A DNA stretch of 64,000 nt from an uncultured Chlamydiae bacterium (GTDB lineage Bacteria; Chlamydiota; Chlamydiia; Chlamydiales; SM23-39). Numbering within the stretch: position 1 is the stretch's first letter; every line of letters starts with the position of its first letter. The notes under the pieces are model-generated. The model saw only the letters and a program-made list of their open reading frames with translations. It had not been told where the DNA came from and did no database searches. This document shows, piece after piece, positions 58,678-64,000 of this stretch. Location: positions 352,001-416,000 of the forward strand of contig CAWHDP010000001.1 in NCBI GenBank assembly GCA_963828125.1, given 5' to 3'. A program made the position numbers and the translations under genes.

Positions 58678-61600
58678 TGCTAGCCCCTTGATAAAATCCA
58701 AATTTATCTTTTAAATAACTAATGTGATCGCTCCAAGCTTTCTGATAGGTTGGTTTCAGAAATCCATGATCGGCTATCCAGAGATTTTTGTCATTCCTGG
58801 TTGATATACAAGGTAATATGCGAACGTCGTAGTCAGGATTGTTCATATAATGTTTAGCACGCCCCAAAGGGCCAAATCCAGTTACAAAGTCTTTGTCTGA
58901 AAAGGCATTAATTACAGAAGCTCCTTGGTTTTTTGATAGGCACTCTGCAGGTCCTACAGCATATATGTGTAAGATTTTTTGAAGGATTTGCTTTTGGTGA
59001 TCAGTCATACCTTCGATCGCCCTTTTTGTGATTACTCCGCCTTCGCTGTGAGGAGTAGAGAGCCACATACACAGGGGATTGATACTGTACATTCTTTCTC
59101 CTGTAATGGACAAGAATTGACGATTCAAACAAACAATTGGAATTTCGATTCCTTCTCTCTCTTGCCTCGCCCTATCGGGGTCAATGCCTGATCCTCTGCC
59201 ATACGCACAAAGACCTGTAGGGTTATACAAGCCCATTAGAAGTGTTCCTCCGGCCTCTTCCCCTACTTTTGTAGACATTTGAAAGAATTCTTCTATACTG
59301 GTATAGATTCCGTTTCCAGGTGTTATCAATCCAATATACCTTCCTGAAGTTGGAAGTAGCTCATGTAGATGACCCATTATATCGACTTGGTCTAATTTCA
59401 TCTCTTCTGGGGTAAACTGAAGTTGATGCCAATGTCCACAACAGAGGGTAACATCAACTTCAATACCATTAATAGAACCTTTCGCCAAAAAACCGTTAAA
59501 GCCCGGTAGGCGTGGAATGACGGGGATTGGCATGTATATGTGAACTTGTCCAAAGGGATCTTCAGAGATTAAGCCAAATAGGTCCAATCGATTCAGTGGG
59601 CTATTCTGCACAAAGACATAGAGGTTAGCCCCATCTACGAATCCCGCGGGGTCTGGATTCAGCCAACGCCCAAGTGTTGGGTCATAGAAACGAAGGCCGA
59701 AGAAGAAGAGCCTCTCTTCACTCCGTTTGGATGAAAAGCGCCAAGGATTGAGACAAGCAGAGGATTTTTCTTTGCCAAATGCGTCCATTTCATATTTTTC
59801 AGCAATGTTCCCATCAGGAGAGATGATGGCAACGATATTCCCATTGAAATCATGCAATGGAGCGTAAGTCTTCCCCCCGATTTCAAGTGCAACCGCGGCG
59901 CCGATGTCCCCACGTATTCCTAGGCCAAGAATTTTCAGCTCAAGGGGATAGCCTCTTTCATCTTGGGTTCCTATCTCCCGGTCTCGATCGTAGAGATAAA
60001 AAACTTTTTTCTCCTTTTCCCAGGAATTGGCGGTGTAGGTGTAGGTCTCTTTTGCAAATAGCCTGGATAAAGGGTCATAGAAATAAAGTACCTTTCTCTG
60101 CCCTGAGGTAGTGATTTCGATCAACCTGCCGAGAGGGTCAAACTGGTACTCGATCAATCCATCAGCGACCGTTCTTTCTTTTGGATTGCCGTTGTCGTCA
60201 TAAGTTAAAGCGCATTCAGGTGTGGTAGAGATCTGATTTAAATCATTGACCTCAAACTTCCTCGGATTCCCCAGGGAATCAAAGTCATAGACCTGATCTC
60301 CTTCCTCCTTGAGTTGGTTCAAAGCGTCGTGTTTGTAAAGTTTCTCCCCAAAAAGGGAGTTGTAGGTCTTGCTGACCAGCCCAGAGGGTCCGTAAGCAAT
60401 CGAAAGCTCCATTTGAGAACAACTCTGGCTGCTTGGGCGTTCTCATAGGTCGTGGGAGGTTTGAATAGCGCCCAAGTTGAAAATGCGATCTTCCTCAGCG
60501 ACATGCCCATTGCAATCGAATTGGCGGTAGCTATGCTCGTACAGGAGAGTTCCTCGAGGATCTTTTCTCTGGACACCGCTGATGTGAACGCCTTGAGTGG
60601 GGTAAGCAACTGTTGAGCCATCCGGTAGTGTGAACAAGACGCAGCGGCCTATCGAGTCATATTCCCACTTGCTCGATAGCCCTCTCTCATTTGTCTCGGA
60701 AATCACTTGCCCGAATAGATTATATCGGCGCGTTACAGTCATTCCATGGACTAAATCGGAAATTTGAACGGGATCTGGGCCAGTTTCGTAGGAGTAGTGA
60801 TAGTGGATTTTTCCATCTGAACTGGTTAACTCCTCTAAACGGCTTATGCCATCATAGGCATAGTGAAGACGAACCCCATTGGGCAGGGTTTTCCATTCGA
60901 GTCGCCCCTTTGGATCATAATCATAAAAAGTGGTCTTTTGCTCACTTTCTGTCTCTTCTTTCACTCGCCCCATCGCATCATATTTCCAGGTGATGGAAAC
61001 ATCCTTGATCAGCATGCCATCCGCATAAATAGAGGAGATCCTTTTTGCCTGATTTCCTGAAACGTCATAGAGAAACCTTTCTTTGAATACAGTCTGTCCT
61101 TGGGGATTTTTCTTCTCTCGAGATACGATCCTCTCCCCCGCATCATAGGTCTCAATAGTCGCTTGGCCAAGAGGGTCGGTCGTTGTTTTTTGCAATACAT
61201 TTTGGCTTAAGTCATTTTTAAAAAACTCATTCCAAACGAATGTCGTGATGTAGCCATTAGGATCAGTATGACTGGAGAGTTTACCATCTGTGTAGCTGAA
61301 TAGATCGACAGATTCTCCTTGGGAGGTTTTGCGGAGGGCTTTTTCTTTGCGATTTTCTTCTGTATAGAAGAATTTCATCCAGTTTTCAATGCGTCCCGAC
61401 GATTCTTCTTCCCACTGCTCTTCAACGAGTCCTTCGACGTTGTGTTTTTGAATAAGGGCGATTACGCCGTTATCCGTCTTCTCCAAGAATCCAAGAGAAT
61501 CATAGACAAAAGTGACTTTTCGATCGCTTGCTTCTTCCGCGATTTTTCGCCCCGCTCCGTCATAGGTGAATGTTGTTTTCAGGCCCCTTGCATCTGTATA

Positions 61601-64000
61601 GGAAAGAAGCTGAAAGGAATTATACTCCCACTCTTCAGAAAGGAGAATTTTCCCTTCCCGAGAATAAATGGTCTGAGCGGTCTGCCTTTTAAAGAGGTCA
61701 TAACCATAACAGATCTCAGTTCCATCTGGATAAAGAGTTTTTTCGAGAGTGCCGGTTTTATTGTAGAAATGACGAATTTGGGTCCCGTCAGCTTGGATGA
61801 CCAGAGTGGGCTTTCTGAAAAGGTTATAAGTGTTTTGAGTCTTCTCCCTAAGCGGCATTTCAGCTAAAACGAGATTCCCGTGTATGTCATAATCGAACTT
61901 CAGGACGGGGCTATATTTTCGCTCTTCTTCATCCTTGCATTCAGGGAGTCCTGTTGTCTTTCTATTCCCGAACAAGTCATAGGTGTGAGTTGTTTTATTC
62001 CCTCTGAAATCTGTTTGCGTGAGAATCCTCCCTTTTAGGTCATAAGAGGTAGTTGTGATTTTTCCAGTGTTGGGTTCTTCACAGGATTTAAGGCGGTTTG
62101 CCTGATCGTAAGCAAAAATCTTTTTAGAAGAGCCGACTTCTTTAGATTCTTCGAGGTTATCTTGAGCGTTATAACGATAAATATTTTCTCGGCCTAATGG
62201 GGTTGTTTTTCGTTTGACTGAACCAAAATCATTGTAGTCGGTCGTAATCGTGTACCGACTGATCCCTAATGCATCAAAAACCTCCTCAGTATGAACTCTC
62301 TGATTCAGGTAGGTGTACTTGGTGGTTTTCAACGGCTTTAGAGTTTGTGTATTGAGGTCCAAGTAAGACTCAGAAAGAGATTCCGGCAAGCCAGTGGTAG
62401 TATTGCGCTCATATCGTTTTTCTAGCCGCTGTGTTACGCCTCTTATGTCATTTGGTTCAAGAGAAGAACCGTCATCAACGATTTCATGAACGATCAGGTT
62501 GTCGTCATTATAAAACGAAAATTCTCGAATGAGAATGGCCCCTTTTTTGTCCTTGGTTAGTTTTGCTGTACAGAGGTCGGTACCGCCTTTGTAAAAATAC
62601 TCAAAGTTAAGCCCATCTTCCTCATTTTCAGTTTTGAGGAGATTAGACTGGTCTTTATAGTAAGAATAGGTCTTTCGATAGCTCTCCCCACCGCTGCATC
62701 GCCCAGATGCATCGATTTGGAGAGGTACTGTTTCATTTCCCGTCAGATATCCCCATAACACCTCTTCCACAACATTGCCTGCATCAAACCTAAATGTTTT
62801 TGCGAATAGGGGTTGATGGCTCTCATTAAACATTGCCTTGCAGCGCAACTCTGTCCCTTCCCAATAGAATTTTTGAAACGAACGAAGGCGACCCTTTTCA
62901 TCAAAATACTCGATAAGGTTCAAACGCTCTGAATCGTGATGGTATCGAGTGAGGAGTCCCTCAGCATCCCGCGCATCTGTTCTGTTAGGGGAGTAAGAAA
63001 AACTGGCGATCGCGATTTTTTCGCCGTTAGGTCCCACGGGGGCTATGATTTTTGCCACTTTGTCTATGTGGAATTCTTTTTTTCCTGGTTTTTTGGCCCA
63101 TTTTCTCTCTTGGTCGATATTGGCTGGTAAGTGGTATTGAACGGAAAAGGGTTCTTTCCCCGCTAAATTGATCGAAGCGAGTCGAGCGCCAATACCCTTT
63201 CGTCCAGGAGTGAAATTAAACCGTTCATGAGGGCGGCAGTTGCTTTGCATCTCATTGAGGTAGTCCCGATCTTCATGGCGGGTTGTTTTATAGTGGAGTA
63301 GTTTCCCATCGGAGCCTTTGAACTTGAGTTCGAAAAACTTTCGTTTCTCTAAAGAAAAATAATCGATGTCTACCGCTGCATAAACCCTTTGGCCTCCAGG
63401 ATTTGTCGATTCAATTCTTTTTAGGTGAGTTGTTTTCTTGTCATGAAAATAGCGAAGTTGGTGGCCACTTGGCCACCTCTCTACTTCGAGAAGATAAAAG
63501 GCCTTGCCTAGACCTCCCTCCCTATTTTTATGCAAATCGGGTCCTCGATATGTTCTTTTCCCACCATCAGGGAGGAACAAAGTGGCAACTCCCGCTTTTA
63601 GGTCTAGCTGGAGAAGGTTGTTTTGCGGATTTGTCCGATTACTGAGCTTCCCTGAAGATTGGCTGATGCTCCGCGTGGGTTTTAGGAAAATCGTATGTTT
63701 TCCCCCACCCTGATTATGACTGTAAGAATAGGGGAGCATACTTCCGTTTGGCTCGGATAGGTATGCTTTAAATTCCTTTCTATCCTGAGAGATCTCTATG
63801 AGAAGGCTGGTATGCGGAAGCAAATTCCATCCCCCCTGCATCAACCACCCCCCGCGTATGGCCCTTAAGAGGAGATCGAAGTCTTGAGGGGTTCGCTCTA
63901 ACGCCCCCGAACTCGAGTAGGTCCTCAGAATGGGAATAGGTTGCGCCCCCTGAATCAGGGCATCTTGGAAAGAGATGTTGAGATTGCCCGTGATGACATT
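58661..64000 (-). pseudogene. Second giant Rhs toxin (5' end beyond window) split by one in-frame TGA at 60443-60445; lipase-like C-terminal toxin
   Basis: Frame open from 64000; YD repeats; RFYDP..GRW..PDP, SPLNRLDLFG core; HSEGG...D...DHGF. Confidence 0.88.

Noticed and set aside
1385..63713. Numerous short antisense or overlapping ORFs in the track
   Set aside because: Shadow frames of longer, motif-supported genes
1..64000. CRISPR array, rRNA or intact tRNA
   Set aside because: No regularly spaced direct repeats or complete RNA gene seen; only a degenerate tRNA half at 55710-55759

Overview
Bacterial window, most likely from an environmental chlamydia (inferred from gene families; no rRNA to confirm). 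Positions ~1-11 kb look like core chromosome: ROK kinase, alpha/beta hydrolase, OppA, two holin-like membrane proteins, an MFS transporter, a large conserved-looking protein and a candidate effector with an IQM-like HSS/AAG/SGHYxP domain. From ~11 kb to the end is an accessory, decaying conflict/mobilome island. It holds Fic, an ABC exporter with GNAT and APH fragments, an SNF2-SWIM-HAD operon, a YqhH/YqhG-like pair, an IS21-disrupted TOTE-type primase-helicase and an RloA/RloB (AbiL-like) pair. Mobile elements include an IS66-like element carrying a 24-Cys CXC-type passenger gene, a DUF6399-type transposon with 106-bp inverted repeats, ISKra4/ISAs1/IS256/IS630/ISNCY remnants, a deleted group II intron inside an IS256 end, two phage terminase fragments and a tRNA(CAT) 3' remnant. 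The centrepiece is a polymorphic toxin system: two giant Rhs genes ending in homologous Ser-Asp-His lipase-like toxins, each coupled to a homologous exported immunity gene, plus several orphan toxin-tip/immunity modules. One Rhs gene is intact (2825 aa, signal peptide, degenerate transglutaminase domain) and bracketed by inverted transposon ends. Family names come from motif recognition by eye, not database searches.
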